DNA of 64,000 nt from a virus (taxonomy: Duplodnaviria; Caudoviricetes), in IMG/VR virus record IMGVR_UViG_3300042558_004043; one strand, 5' to 3'. Under the pieces are notes generated by a model, which ran no database searches, was not told the origin of the DNA, and saw nothing but the letters and a program-made list of their open reading frames with translations. Positions 38,758 to 48,143 of this stretch are shown here, one piece after another. The position numbers and the translations under genes are program-made. Every line of letters starts with the position of its first letter. The stretch's first letter is position 1.

Positions 38758-40011
38758 ATGTCGTTAAAATTAAAATTAAACTTAATTTCATTAATAGTAG
38801 TTGTTTTCTTAATCCTGAAAACTACAGTATTACTTGATATCACTCCTTCATCACCAGTTACGAGGGGGTCGGAATATATTCTATTTTTGACAATAACATA
38901 TTTTTTATATTCCTTTATCAGACAATATATTAAGAATGAAAGGGAAAATAAAAAACTTACTGAAAAAATCACACAAAAAGAAAGAGCGTTAGCAAATAGA
39001 ATGGATGCGATTAATCGTTCAAGTCCTGTGATTGAATTTGATACTAATGGTATAGTTTGTTTTGCCAATGATTCATTTTTGGATGCAATGGGGTATAAAT
39101 CAGAAGAGGTTATAGGAAAACATCATAGTATTTTTGTTTTTGATGATGAAAAAAATTCAAATGGGTATATTAATTTTTGGAACAAACTTAAATCAGGTGT
39201 TTATTTTAGTGGGGACATTATCAGAAAGAAAAAGGACGGTAACAAGATTTATTTAAGTGCCACCTACAATCCAATTATAAATGAAACAGGAGAAACCTAT
39301 CGAGTATTAAAAATTGCAAGAGACATATCTGAAATTGTTGAAAAGTCAAAAGAAATTGAAAAACAAAACACTTATCTCGAGCACGCGGCTAAAATATTGA
39401 GACACGACATGCACTCTGGAATTAATACTTATATCCCGAGAGGTATAAGTTCTTTGGAAAGAAGATTAAAACCTGAGGACATAGAAACTTTAAAGATTGA
39501 GGCTCCCCTTAAAATGATTAAGGAGGGATTAAGACACTCACAAAAAGTTTATAAAGGTGTTTATGAATTTACCAATTTGGTTAAAAAAGATGTGGTATTA
39601 AATAAAGCTGAATGTGATTTAAGAGCGATACTAAATGATTATTTATCATCAACTGCTTATCATAGTCAGGTAATTATTGAGGAACTACCAACCATAGAAG
39701 TTAATGAAGCTCTATTCTGTACGGCAATAGACAACTTAATTAGGAATGGATTGAAGTATAATGATTCTGAAACAAAATTTGTAAAAATATATATGGAAGG
39801 TGATGAGTTAATGGTTCAGGATAATGGACGAGGTATTGACCAAAAAGATTTTGACCATTTATCAAAACCATACACAAGAAAAGAAGGGCAAAAAGAGTCA
39901 GGAACTGGACTCGGATTAAACATATGTGTTGCGATATTACAAGAACACAAGTTTTTGGTAAGATGTGAGAAAAATGAGATAGGAACTAAACTGAAAATAA
40001 AAATAAAATAA
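38758..40011 (+). CDS. membrane PAS-domain sensor histidine kinase
   Basis: 2 TM; PAS (IEFDTNG...KHHSIF...YNPI); H-box LRHDM; N-box DNLIRNGLKYN; DNGRGI; GTGLGL. Confidence 0.92.
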   Translation: MSLKLKLNLISLIVVVFLILKTTVLLDITPSSPVTRGSEYILFLTITYFLYSFIRQYIKNERENKKLTEKITQKERALANRMDAINRSSPVIEFDTNGIVCFANDSFLDAMGYKSEEVIGKHHSIFVFDDEKNSNGYINFWNKLKSGVYFSGDIIRKKKDGNKIYLSATYNPIINETGETYRVLKIARDISEIVEKSKEIEKQNTYLEHAAKILRHDMHSGINTYIPRGISSLERRLKPEDIETLKIEAPLKMIKEGLRHSQKVYKGVYEFTNLVKKDVVLNKAECDLRAILNDYLSSTAYHSQVIIEELPTIEVNEALFCTAIDNLIRNGLKYNDSETKFVKIYMEGDELMVQDNGRGIDQKDFDHLSKPYTRKEGQKESGTGLGLNICVAILQEHKFLVRCEKNEIGTKLKIKIK

Positions 40012-40019
40012 AAAAAACT

Positions 40020-40451
40020 ATGATTGATTCAATTTTACTTGTAGATGACGAGGATTTATTCCATTTAGTATTTGAAGATAGCTGTTCGCTTCTTGATATA
40101 ACATTATCTTTAAAAAGTTTGAATAGTTCAGATGAGGCCGCCAAATTATTTGAAAAATGGCAATCAAATAGCTCTGATAAGCCTGAATGTGTGTTTGTTG
40201 ATTTGAATATCATTGGGTCTTCCTTTGATGGTATTGAGTTAATTAGAAAGATTAACTTTGAATACGGTAATAATGTTGTAATCGGAATTATTTCATCTTC
40301 AAACGAACCCGAAGAACAGGCAAAGGCAATTCAGTCAGGTGCTCAATTTTGGATTATAAAATCAGATGAGATTGAACCAAGATTGGAGGAGTTTAAGAAA
40401 GATTATGAAGGTTACAAAAACAGAACCGCTCCGTTTAAAATTTACAAATGA
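40020..40451 (+). CDS. single-domain response regulator (receiver)
   Basis: LLVDDE, phospho-acceptor FVDLN, ISSS, conserved Lys in WIIK. Confidence 0.9.
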   Translation: MIDSILLVDDEDLFHLVFEDSCSLLDITLSLKSLNSSDEAAKLFEKWQSNSSDKPECVFVDLNIIGSSFDGIELIRKINFEYGNNVVIGIISSSNEPEEQAKAIQSGAQFWIIKSDEIEPRLEEFKKDYEGYKNRTAPFKIYK

Positions 40452-41131
40452 TAAAATTCACCCCTGAAATAAAACAAGAATTAATTATCTTATCAGAAAC
40501 CAAAAACTTATTTTTGGAAGGAAATATAGTTAAGGTAATTAATTCTGATGGGGATGAATATTTTAAAGAATACCTTAAAAAGTGTGGTGAAAGAGATGTT
40601 GCAAATAGAAAGAAGAGACTTGACATTACCAAACAAATTCAAACCCAAAACAAAGAACTATCCGACTTAAACGCCCAAAATCAAAAGATATTAGACGAAC
40701 TTCAAACAACATTAAATGAAGTTGAAGAATCTAAATTAACATTTGAAGTCCAAAACAGAGAATTAAACGAGTGGAAATTGGATAATTTGAGGTTGACGGA
40801 AGAATTAACGGTGGAGATGGTTAAATCCGAACAAGCAAGGGTTGATGCTGAAAAGGCAAAACAACATGCCGAAAATGATTTGGATGTGTTACAAAAGAAA
40901 ACTCAATTTGAGTTAATAAATACAATTGTAAGAGTTGCTTTAATTGTAATTATTGGAGTTGGAATAGTTACTACGGCATTATATTCTGTGGCATTGTTCA
41001 CAGGTCAAGATACCCAAATAATTGGCTCAACTTGGAGTAATATGTTTGGTATATTATTAACAAATGCATTCAGTATTGTCGGAACTATAATGGGTGTTAA
41101 GTATGCGTCAGAAAAACCAAAGAAGAATTAA
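40448..41131 (+). CDS. coiled-coil protein with two C-terminal TM helices, coupled to the response regulator gene
   Basis: ATGA overlap; long heptad-like region then hydrophobic segments. Confidence 0.7.
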   Translation: MIKFTPEIKQELIILSETKNLFLEGNIVKVINSDGDEYFKEYLKKCGERDVANRKKRLDITKQIQTQNKELSDLNAQNQKILDELQTTLNEVEESKLTFEVQNRELNEWKLDNLRLTEELTVEMVKSEQARVDAEKAKQHAENDLDVLQKKTQFELINTIVRVALIVIIGVGIVTTALYSVALFTGQDTQIIGSTWSNMFGILLTNAFSIVGTIMGVKYASEKPKKN

Positions 41132-41478
41132 TCATTTGTGATATAATCCTTAAAAATTCTTTTCTCAACTAAATTTCCTTCCATATCATACATCCAACCT
41201 TCATATTTTTTACCCTTAAAATATTTGACTTGAGATACTCTAATTCCAACTGGTGAATATGTAGTCCAGATTCCATCTTTTCTACCTTTATCATAATAAC
41301 CTACAGAAAATATGCTTCCATTTTCATAATAAGCAATCCACTCACCAGTTTTTAGATTATTTGATAAATGACCACGTTGTTCGATTTGACCTTTGTCATT
41401 TTTAAACACAACTTCTTCTACTTGTGAATGTCCTACAACCTGTAAGAACATAAACACCAAAAATATAATCTGCTTCAT
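41128..41478 (-). CDS. secreted MORN-variant repeat protein
   Basis: signal peptide; KTGEWIAYYENG, KDGIWTTYSPVG. Confidence 0.7.
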   Translation of the reverse strand: MKQIIFLVFMFLQVVGHSQVEEVVFKNDKGQIEQRGHLSNNLKTGEWIAYYENGSIFSVGYYDKGRKDGIWTTYSPVGIRVSQVKYFKGKKYEGWMYDMEGNLVEKRIFKDYITND

Positions 41479-41569
41479 AGTATTAAGGATATATTATAAA
41501 TACATTAAGGAAATGTTAAGTAATATTATCAATTTTGACAATTGAAAAATTTAACATACATATTGCAAT

Positions 41570-41809
41570 ATGAAGACAATTCTTATTACAGTATTTTTTA
41601 GAATCATTTTTTTAGATTCACAAACAGATGAAACTTTGACAGGTGTTAAAGTTGAAACTAATCAGGGTGTGTATTTTTCTAACTTAGATGGTGAAGTTTT
41701 TATACCAACTGAAGATAAAGTTTTATCGGTAAGTTATGTTTCCTATGAAACAAAAAATGGTGTCACCCTTTCGAATGACACCATTATGTCTTTGAGTCAA
41801 ATTCAGTAA
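41570..41809 (+). CDS. small carboxypeptidase-regulatory-like domain protein
   Basis: ETLTGVKV...SNLDG...VSYVSYET. Confidence 0.45.
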   Translation: MKTILITVFFRIIFLDSQTDETLTGVKVETNQGVYFSNLDGEVFIPTEDKVLSVSYVSYETKNGVTLSNDTIMSLSQIQ

Positions 41810-41812
41810 TTT

Positions 41813-41980
41813 TTATTTTTTGAAAGAATTTTTATATTCTTCGGTTCCGTATTTTTTCCAGTTCCAATTACCGTAAAAGTCGGGATTTTCAACAGAACAT
41901 TCACCAGAAGATTTGTAGTCGGATAAAAATTTATCTGACATTTCTTTGGTATATCTATTTTTAACCTTAAAATTTTTCAT
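41813..41980 (-). CDS. small hypothetical protein (55 aa, not in ORF track)
   Basis: MKNFKVKNRYTKEMSD...NSFKK, abuts upstream stop. Confidence 0.5.
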   Translation of the reverse strand: MKNFKVKNRYTKEMSDKFLSDYKSSGECSVENPDFYGNWNWKKYGTEEYKNSFKK

Positions 41981-42838
41981 TCAAAATTTGTTTACATCAC
42001 CATAATTCATGTGTAATTCATCGTGAGAGTCTTTCATCATTTGATATGCTCTGGCAAGACGAGTTAAACCAATACCTCCACCAAATCTTTTAAAGAATTT
42101 GTGAGATAAAAACTCTTCAAGTTCTTTTTCAACTCTTTCTTTACCAAACAATTCAAACAATTTGGCAGAATAACCACCGTTTTCTATAGTATAGAACATT
42201 TGTCTCATTTCATCAACATCACAACTTCTTTCAGCAGAACCAATTGTTTCTTGACCGTAAAGAATAACGTCTACTTTATTGAATTTGTCACCTTCACCTG
42301 ACTTCATGTTCCAAAATGGGTTAGTTCTAACAGGGAAATTTTGTAATGACACCACATCACCTTTTTCTTTCCACATTTTAGTTTCGTGTTCGTTTTCCAA
42401 AATCGGAACTCCGCCATATTCTTCACAAACATCGTCATAATTCACTTCAACAGGAGAATCAAAACCTAAAAACGCAAGTAATTCAGATTCTAATTTAAGT
42501 AATTCTTTCATACCACCCTTTGACTCGAATTCAAACATTGGGAAGATTAATTCGTGACGACCTGGGATTGGGTCTTTTTCTTGTCTGTATGATGTTGAGA
42601 TACAGAACACACCTGGCCATTCGGAATTTTGTAACAATTCATACTCTAACCACATTTGACCTGTTTGTGGTAATGGCCAAATTTGACCTTGATACTCAAA
42701 CGTTGTGATTGAGTGTGGATTCTCACATGCTGCGAGAATTGATAATCTTGATTGGGTCGGAACCTCAAGAAAACCTTTGTTTAGGAAAAAGGTCCTCATC
42801 TTTTGGACCAACTCGTGATAAATTTTTGTGTTTTTCAT
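41981..42838 (-). CDS. class II aminoacyl-tRNA synthetase catalytic-core paralogue (AsnRS/AspRS-like, no anticodon domain)
   Basis: LPQTGQMWLE, motif 2 SYRQE...GRH..IFPMFEFE, ETIGSAER, motif 3 GGGIGLTRL; only 285 aa. Confidence 0.8.
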   Translation of the reverse strand: MKNTKIYHELVQKMRTFFLNKGFLEVPTQSRLSILAACENPHSITTFEYQGQIWPLPQTGQMWLEYELLQNSEWPGVFCISTSYRQEKDPIPGRHELIFPMFEFESKGGMKELLKLESELLAFLGFDSPVEVNYDDVCEEYGGVPILENEHETKMWKEKGDVVSLQNFPVRTNPFWNMKSGEGDKFNKVDVILYGQETIGSAERSCDVDEMRQMFYTIENGGYSAKLFELFGKERVEKELEEFLSHKFFKRFGGGIGLTRLARAYQMMKDSHDELHMNYGDVNKF

Positions 42839-42851
42839 ATTACTTTAGGGT

Positions 42852-42877
42852 AAAAAAAAACCTCCCGAAGGAGGTTT
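42852..42877 (-). terminator. intrinsic terminator in the 5' leader of the aaRS-like gene
   Basis: minus strand AAACCTCC-TTCG-GGAGGTTT within a T9 tract, ending about 13 nt before the ATG. Confidence 0.8.
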
Positions 42878-42881
42878 GCGT

Positions 42882-42911
42882 TTATTTATTATTTATTAAA
42901 TTCTTGTTCAT
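42882..42911 (-). promoter_or_regulatory. putative Asn-rich leader peptide MNKNLINNK
   Basis: ATG AAC AAG AAT TTA ATA AAT AAT AAA TAA between a TATTTAT motif and the terminator. Confidence 0.5.
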
Positions 42912-42982
42912 TTTGAAATAAATACGAGATAAAGTTGAAAACTAAATATATTTTTTAATTTTTTTTTGTAATATTTATAGAT

Positions 42983-44023
42983 ATGAAAGTTTTGTTATCT
43001 GAGAACCAATTGAAAACACTTATTAAAGAAGATTTGGGAGTCTCCCGGGTTTCCTTGTCCTACAGTAATTTGATATACCAAAAACTCGAACCTAAGGTCC
43101 TTGAATTTATGGAATCAAGAATTCCATCCAAACAAAAAATCATTATAGACTTGAAAGATATTTCACAAATTTTTCAATCAAGTATGGATGATTATATTGA
43201 GTTACCCGTGGAAAAAATTGAAATTGATTTTTCTTGTTTGAAAATTCCAAAAAATACAAAAGAAAACAGATTCACGTCAGGAGGAGGATTTCAATCAATA
43301 GACAAAAAATCATTTGGTGGGTCATATTTAAAATCACCCACACTTGAGTTACCTAAGTATATTTTGGAGGAGATTACTCAAACTTTGTATGTAAAATTAT
43401 TTATAAGTTTTAAAATAGGGATTGAGTTCAATGAAGAATTGAAAGACAAAGCACTATATGACCTTAGAGATACGATAATTCACGAATGTAATCACATGTT
43501 AGAGAGTTATCGAAGGGCTGAATCAGGAGCAAAACAATTTAATACCACCTTGAGTTGGGTTGGAGGTAAAAACTATAACGTAAACAAAGAAATTTACAAA
43601 GTTTGGCAAGAATTTTTGGATATGATATACTATTCAGAACCATATGAAGTAAATGCAAAATCACAAGAGGCGGTTAGCCAAACATCAATATTACCCTTTG
43701 AAGAATTCAAAAAAACTAAACTTTGGTCCAACGCATCAGTCATGAAAAACTTTGATGCCGATACGTTTTTTGATAAGTTGACAAATAAAATTCAAGAAGT
43801 GAACCCCGATAAACTACTGTCTATTTTGAACAATTTATATAAATGGTTTATGACCGATTATTACAAATGGATGAGAGTTTACGGTGAAAAACCGGCACGG
43901 TATATAGAAAAAACTGAAGGTTTGTTAGATTTGATTAATAATTTCCAACCAAGAATCAATAAGGCCGGTGACAAACTGCAAAGAAATTTCATGAGATTAT
44001 ATACTTTAGAACTCGAAAAATAA
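42983..44023 (+). CDS. leader-bearing protein with HExxH motif
   Basis: MKVLLSENQLKTLIKED; IIHECNHML; EPYEVNA. Confidence 0.6.
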   Translation: MKVLLSENQLKTLIKEDLGVSRVSLSYSNLIYQKLEPKVLEFMESRIPSKQKIIIDLKDISQIFQSSMDDYIELPVEKIEIDFSCLKIPKNTKENRFTSGGGFQSIDKKSFGGSYLKSPTLELPKYILEEITQTLYVKLFISFKIGIEFNEELKDKALYDLRDTIIHECNHMLESYRRAESGAKQFNTTLSWVGGKNYNVNKEIYKVWQEFLDMIYYSEPYEVNAKSQEAVSQTSILPFEEFKKTKLWSNASVMKNFDADTFFDKLTNKIQEVNPDKLLSILNNLYKWFMTDYYKWMRVYGEKPARYIEKTEGLLDLINNFQPRINKAGDKLQRNFMRLYTLELEK

Positions 44024-44045
44024 TATATTTGTCATATATTTTTAT

Positions 44046-44072
44046 AAAAAACTGACATTTTGTCAGTTTTTT
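44046..44072. promoter_or_regulatory. perfect inverted repeat upstream of dnaK (terminator and/or operator)
   Basis: AAAAAACTGACA-TTT-TGTCAGTTTTTT. Confidence 0.5.
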
Positions 44073-44166
44073 TGTTTTGGCACATTAGTTAATAATGTAG
44101 ATTTGGAGTTGACTCCATAAAAGTTTTTTAATATACTTTAAAAAAATAAAAATAATTTTTTAAACT

Positions 44167-46044
44167 ATGGGTAAAATTATAGGTATTGATTTAGGAACAA
44201 CAAATTCATGTGTTGCCGTTATGGAAAATGGCGAACCTGTTGTGATTACAAACAGTGAAGGAAAAAGAACCACCCCTTCGATTGTTGGTTTTGCAAATGG
44301 TGGTGATAGAAAGATTGGTGACCCGGCAAAACGTCAAGCGGTTACAAATCCTGATAAAACAGTTTACTCCATTAAGCGTTTTATGGGAGCAAGTTTCGAT
44401 GAAAGTAAAAAAGAAATCAAGCGTGTTCCTTATAAAGTGGTTAAAGGTGAGGGTAACACTCCTCGTGTTCAAATTGAGGACAAGAAGTTTTCAGCTCAGG
44501 AAATTTCGGCGATGGTTCTTCAGAAAATGAAGCAAACTGCCGAAGACTATTTGGGTGAAACAGTAACTGATGCGGTTATTACAGTACCAGCATATTTCAA
44601 TGATGCTCAACGTCAGGCAACAAAAGAAGCCGGTGAAATTGCAGGTCTAACTGTTAAACGTATTATTAACGAACCAACCGCGGCGGCACTTGCCTATGGT
44701 CTTGACAAAAAAGGTCAGGATATGAAAGTTGTTGTGTTTGACTGTGGTGGTGGTACTCACGACGTATCGGTTCTTGAACTTGGTGATGGGGTATTTGAAG
44801 TTTTGTCAACTGACGGTGATACACACCTAGGTGGTGATGACTTTGACCAAGCAATTATCGACTGGCTCGTTCAAGAGTTCAAAGATGAAAATGGTTTGGA
44901 TTTGAATCAAGACCCAATGGCACTTCAGCGTCTTCGTGAAGGAGCTGAAAAAGCAAAGATTGAACTTTCATCTTCACCATCAACGGAAATCAATCTTCCT
45001 TACATTATGCCGGTAGATGGTATGCCAAAACACTTGGTTCGTACAATGACAAAGGCAAAGTTCGAGCAGTTGGTTGACAGTTTGGTACAACGTACAATTG
45101 CACCATGTAAATCGGCCTTGAAAAACGCAGGTTTGAAACCAAAAGACATCGATGAAGTTATCTTGGTTGGAGGTTCAACTAGAATTCCTGCAATCCAAGA
45201 GGCAGTTAAAAAGTTCTTCGGTAAAGAACCATCAAAAGGAGTTAACCCTGATGAAGTTGTAGCACTTGGTGCTGCAATTCAAGGAGGAGTACTCGCAGGT
45301 GACGTTAAAGACGTATTGTTGTTGGATGTAACACCACTTTCACTCGGTATTGAAACGATGGGTGGAGTATTCACAAAACTTATTGAGTCAAACACAACAA
45401 TTCCGACAAAAAAGTCACAAGTTTTCTCAACCGCAGTTGACAATCAACCATCAGTAGAAATTCACGTTCTACAGGGAGAAAGAGCAATGGCTCAAGACAA
45501 TAGAACAATTGGTCGTTTCTTCCTTGATGGTCTTCCAACGGCAATGAGAGGAGTTCCACAAATCGAAGTAACTTTTGACATCGATGCTAACGGTATTATC
45601 AATGTTTCAGCAAAAGACAAAGCCACTGACAAAGAGCAATCAATCCGTATTGAAAGTTCGACAGGACTTTCTAAAGAGGAAATTGAACAAATGAAACGTG
45701 ATGCTGAGTTAAATGCCGAAGCGGACGCTAAAGCTCGTGAAAATGCTGACATAATAAATCAAGGAGATTCTATGGCGTTCCAAGCTGAAAAAACTCTAAA
45801 GGATTTAGAAGAAAAAATGACCGATGAACAAAAAACTCAATTAACCGATGCTTTGGCTGAATTAAAAACAGCCCTACAAGAGAAGGAAGTTGAAAAGGTT
45901 AGAGACGCAACTGCAAAAGTTGCAATCACATCTCAAACAATTACCCAAGGAATTTATAGTCAGTCTGGTTCTGAAGGTGAAGGCGGTCAAACTATGGATG
46001 AAGAAGTTTCAGACGTAGATTTTGAAGAAGTACAACCTAAGTAA
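44167..46044 (+). CDS. dnaK: molecular chaperone DnaK (Hsp70)
   Basis: [47 protein letters not shown]. Confidence 0.98.
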   Translation: MGKIIGIDLGTTNSCVAVMENGEPVVITNSEGKRTTPSIVGFANGGDRKIGDPAKRQAVTNPDKTVYSIKRFMGASFDESKKEIKRVPYKVVKGEGNTPRVQIEDKKFSAQEISAMVLQKMKQTAEDYLGETVTDAVITVPAYFNDAQRQATKEAGEIAGLTVKRIINEPTAAALAYGLDKKGQDMKVVVFDCGGGTHDVSVLELGDGVFEVLSTDGDTHLGGDDFDQAIIDWLVQEFKDENGLDLNQDPMALQRLREGAEKAKIELSSSPSTEINLPYIMPVDGMPKHLVRTMTKAKFEQLVDSLVQRTIAPCKSALKNAGLKPKDIDEVILVGGSTRIPAIQEAVKKFFGKEPSKGVNPDEVVALGAAIQGGVLAGDVKDVLLLDVTPLSLGIETMGGVFTKLIESNTTIPTKKSQVFSTAVDNQPSVEIHVLQGERAMAQDNRTIGRFFLDGLPTAMRGVPQIEVTFDIDANGIINVSAKDKATDKEQSIRIESSTGLSKEEIEQMKRDAELNAEADAKARENADIINQGDSMAFQAEKTLKDLEEKMTDEQKTQLTDALAELKTALQEKEVEKVRDATAKVAITSQTITQGIYSQSGSEGEGGQTMDEEVSDVDFEEVQPK

Positions 46045-46059
46045 TCGTAAAAAAATGTT

Positions 46060-46086
46060 AAAATCCCCACTTCGGTGGGGATTTTT
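46060..46086. terminator. intrinsic terminator
   Basis: AAAATCCCCAC-TTCG-GTGGGGATTTT. Confidence 0.85.
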
Positions 46087-46101
46087 GTTTATATTTGTCA
46101 A

Positions 46102-46281
46102 ATGATTTATTTCATCATACAATGTTTAATTTTTACTTTTTCAAGAAGATTTGGAATGTATTACTTGGAAGATGAAAAATTTGTATCTTTGTGGGATGAA
46201 TTAAAAAAACTATTAAATATATTCCTTTGGAGTATTCCTTTAATGTTAGTAACAAATTTAGTAATTAATTTTTTATTGTAA
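46102..46281 (+). CDS. small membrane protein
   Basis: TATATTTG just upstream; hydrophobic; start revised. Confidence 0.5.
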   Translation: MIYFIIQCLIFTFSRRFGMYYLEDEKFVSLWDELKKLLNIFLWSIPLMLVTNLVINFLL

Positions 46282-46283
46282 TA

Positions 46284-46424
46284 ATGAGTAAAATAACAAG
46301 AAAATACGAAACCGAGGACACAATCTCAATTTGGACTTACGACTTGGACAAATTTAAGAACGGTCCAATATCAGTTGAAACAATTGATAAGAAACCAGAA
46401 CCTGTTAAGAAAAAACGAAAATAA
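46284..46424 (+). CDS. small hypothetical protein (46 aa, not in ORF track)
   Basis: MSKITRKYETEDTISIWTYDLDKFKNGPISVE...KKKRK. Confidence 0.55.
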   Translation: MSKITRKYETEDTISIWTYDLDKFKNGPISVETIDKKPEPVKKKRK

Positions 46425-46450
46425 AAAACCCCCTATAAAAGGGGGTTATT

Positions 46451-46738
46451 TTAATTAGGTTCTTCTTCATCCTTTTTCTTTCTACCTCTTCTGTCTGTGA
46501 ACTTGTCAAAACTTGCAAGACCTAGACAACCAAACGCCAATAATGCAACCGCGTCAACTAAGTATTCTGCAGGTGCAACATCAACATTGGAAAAGCTATT
46601 GTGATACATGGTTAAACATAGTGCTATGGCACAACCCATACCCACAATTCTTTTTGATGAGGGATTACCTTTCTCGTCGTTAAAAATACCTTTTAACCAA
46701 AGAAGGGCTTCTCCAAAAAGAGCAACAATTTTTTTCAT
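46451..46738 (-). CDS. two-TM membrane protein (holin-like topology)
   Basis: SSKRIVG..., two hydrophobic helices, charged tail. Confidence 0.5.
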   Translation of the reverse strand: MKKIVALFGEALLWLKGIFNDEKGNPSSKRIVGMGCAIALCLTMYHNSFSNVDVAPAEYLVDAVALLAFGCLGLASFDKFTDRRGRKKKDEEEPN

Positions 46739-46759
46739 TTTTTCAGTTTTAGTTTGAGT

Positions 46760-46888
46760 TTATTTTTTTCCTTGACCTCTGTAAGCTTTGGGTTTTTCTT
46801 CTTTTGGTCCGTACTTTCTTTTAGACTTTCCTTTTTTACGTGTACCAAAAGTTTCTTTAGACCCAACAGCGCTACCTGATTTTGCCAT
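46760..46888 (-). CDS. 42-aa highly basic peptide ending YRGQGKK (not in ORF track)
   Basis: MAKSGSAVGSKETFGTRKKGKSKRKYGPKEEKPKAYRGQGKK; TATTTAT upstream. Confidence 0.7.
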   Translation of the reverse strand: MAKSGSAVGSKETFGTRKKGKSKRKYGPKEEKPKAYRGQGKK

Positions 46889-47012
46889 AATTTTTATTTT
46901 TTAGATAATTTATTTATTATATAAATATTAGGGCAACAAAAAAGGGGACAGTAGCGAACTTCCCCTTTTCCTGTTATGTAACATAACGGTCCTAAGACTC
47001 CTCTTTCGAGGT

Positions 47013-47543
47013 TTATTTTTCTTTAACTAACATTAAACATCTTTTTAAATATTCTTTCGCTCTTGGAGATGGGGTATACTCGTCATCTTTAGTTTGAAGA
47101 GCGAGTACCCTTTCAATGTCTTTAACTAGTTCTGTCCCGTGTTCATTTTCTTTATATAGTTCGATTACTTTATCCATGGCTTTATGACATTCTCCTGATG
47201 TTTCATCGTAGTAGTTTTTGTTTTTAAATTTATTCAAATGATTCATCATTTCATAAGAAAGATGGGCACCACCGTCATTAACGTCTTTAAATAATCTTAG
47301 GTTATTTAAAATACCTAAAGTGTCCACCATTGAGTTTACTCCTCTTTTTCTTTTTGTCACACCTGGAGAATATAAATCATAATCACCGGCCTCACCAACA
47401 AGTTCAGTCAATGGGATAGAATTGGTGGTCATACATTTTGGTTTAGATTCTTGAGTTTCTTTAGAATCCATTCCCATTTCCTCTTTCAGGTGTTGTCTAA
47501 TTATTTTTCTAAGTTCACCCTCGTTTATCGTAATTCTTTTCAT
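47013..47543 (-). CDS. leader-bearing hypothetical protein
   Basis: MKRITINEGELRKIIRQHLKEE. Confidence 0.65.
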   Translation of the reverse strand: MKRITINEGELRKIIRQHLKEEMGMDSKETQESKPKCMTTNSIPLTELVGEAGDYDLYSPGVTKRKRGVNSMVDTLGILNNLRLFKDVNDGGAHLSYEMMNHLNKFKNKNYYDETSGECHKAMDKVIELYKENEHGTELVKDIERVLALQTKDDEYTPSPRAKEYLKRCLMLVKEK

Positions 47544-47652
47544 GACAATTTTATTTATAAATATTATTTGACTGTGAATTATTCTTCGATACCAATATTT
47601 ATATTAAAAGTATTTTAGACTCGTTCTATAAAAAGTAAATTACAAAACATGA

Positions 47653-47877
47653 GTGATGGCGATAACAAAATCAACCTGGAGGAAAATTTTTGTGGGAAAC
47701 CTGTCGGTAAAGTTTTTGATGTTAGGGATGTTCTTCAACCCTTTCGGTTTCGATTTGGTTCAATATCAACTTATTTTACTAACAGGAAGTTTGTGGAACG
47801 CAAATTTGGTTTTGTATTTTATTTCGGCCTTTTTCTTTGGTCTATCTTTTTTATCTCAAAAATATTCATCTAAATAA
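47653..47877 (+). CDS. small membrane protein
   Basis: LKFLMLGMFFNPFGFDLVQY..., two hydrophobic segments. Confidence 0.55.
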   Translation: MMAITKSTWRKIFVGNLSVKFLMLGMFFNPFGFDLVQYQLILLTGSLWNANLVLYFISAFFFGLSFLSQKYSSK

Positions 47878-47878
47878 A

Positions 47879-48091
47879 TTAACTATTTTCTGATTCATCA
47901 TTAGATTCGGAAACATTATTTGGTATGATTTGCTGTAACCAAATGTCAAAAATCAAATAATAAATCCACCATGTGATATTGTCTAATGGGTGTTGTTGGG
48001 GGTTTATTGAGTTCATAATTAAACCACCAACTACTCTATAACATACGTATAATCTAATTACAACTAAAAATACCATCAAAAATTTTTTCAT
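47879..48091 (-). CDS. small membrane protein
   Basis: two hydrophobic segments; TATATTTG upstream. Confidence 0.5.
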   Translation of the reverse strand: MKKFLMVFLVVIRLYVCYRVVGGLIMNSINPQQHPLDNITWWIYYLIFDIWLQQIIPNNVSESNDESENS

Positions 48092-48143
48092 AGGAAATTT
48101 ATTTGATACAAATATAGGGATATTTATTTAAAAAACATACCAC

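Noticed and set aside
42709-42921. 70-aa plus-strand ORF across the aaRS-like gene leader
   Set aside because: Antisense to the gene and its leader, no recognisable features
47649-47873. Alternative-frame ORF overlapping 47653-47877
   Set aside because: The other frame gives a more coherent membrane protein; choice is tentative
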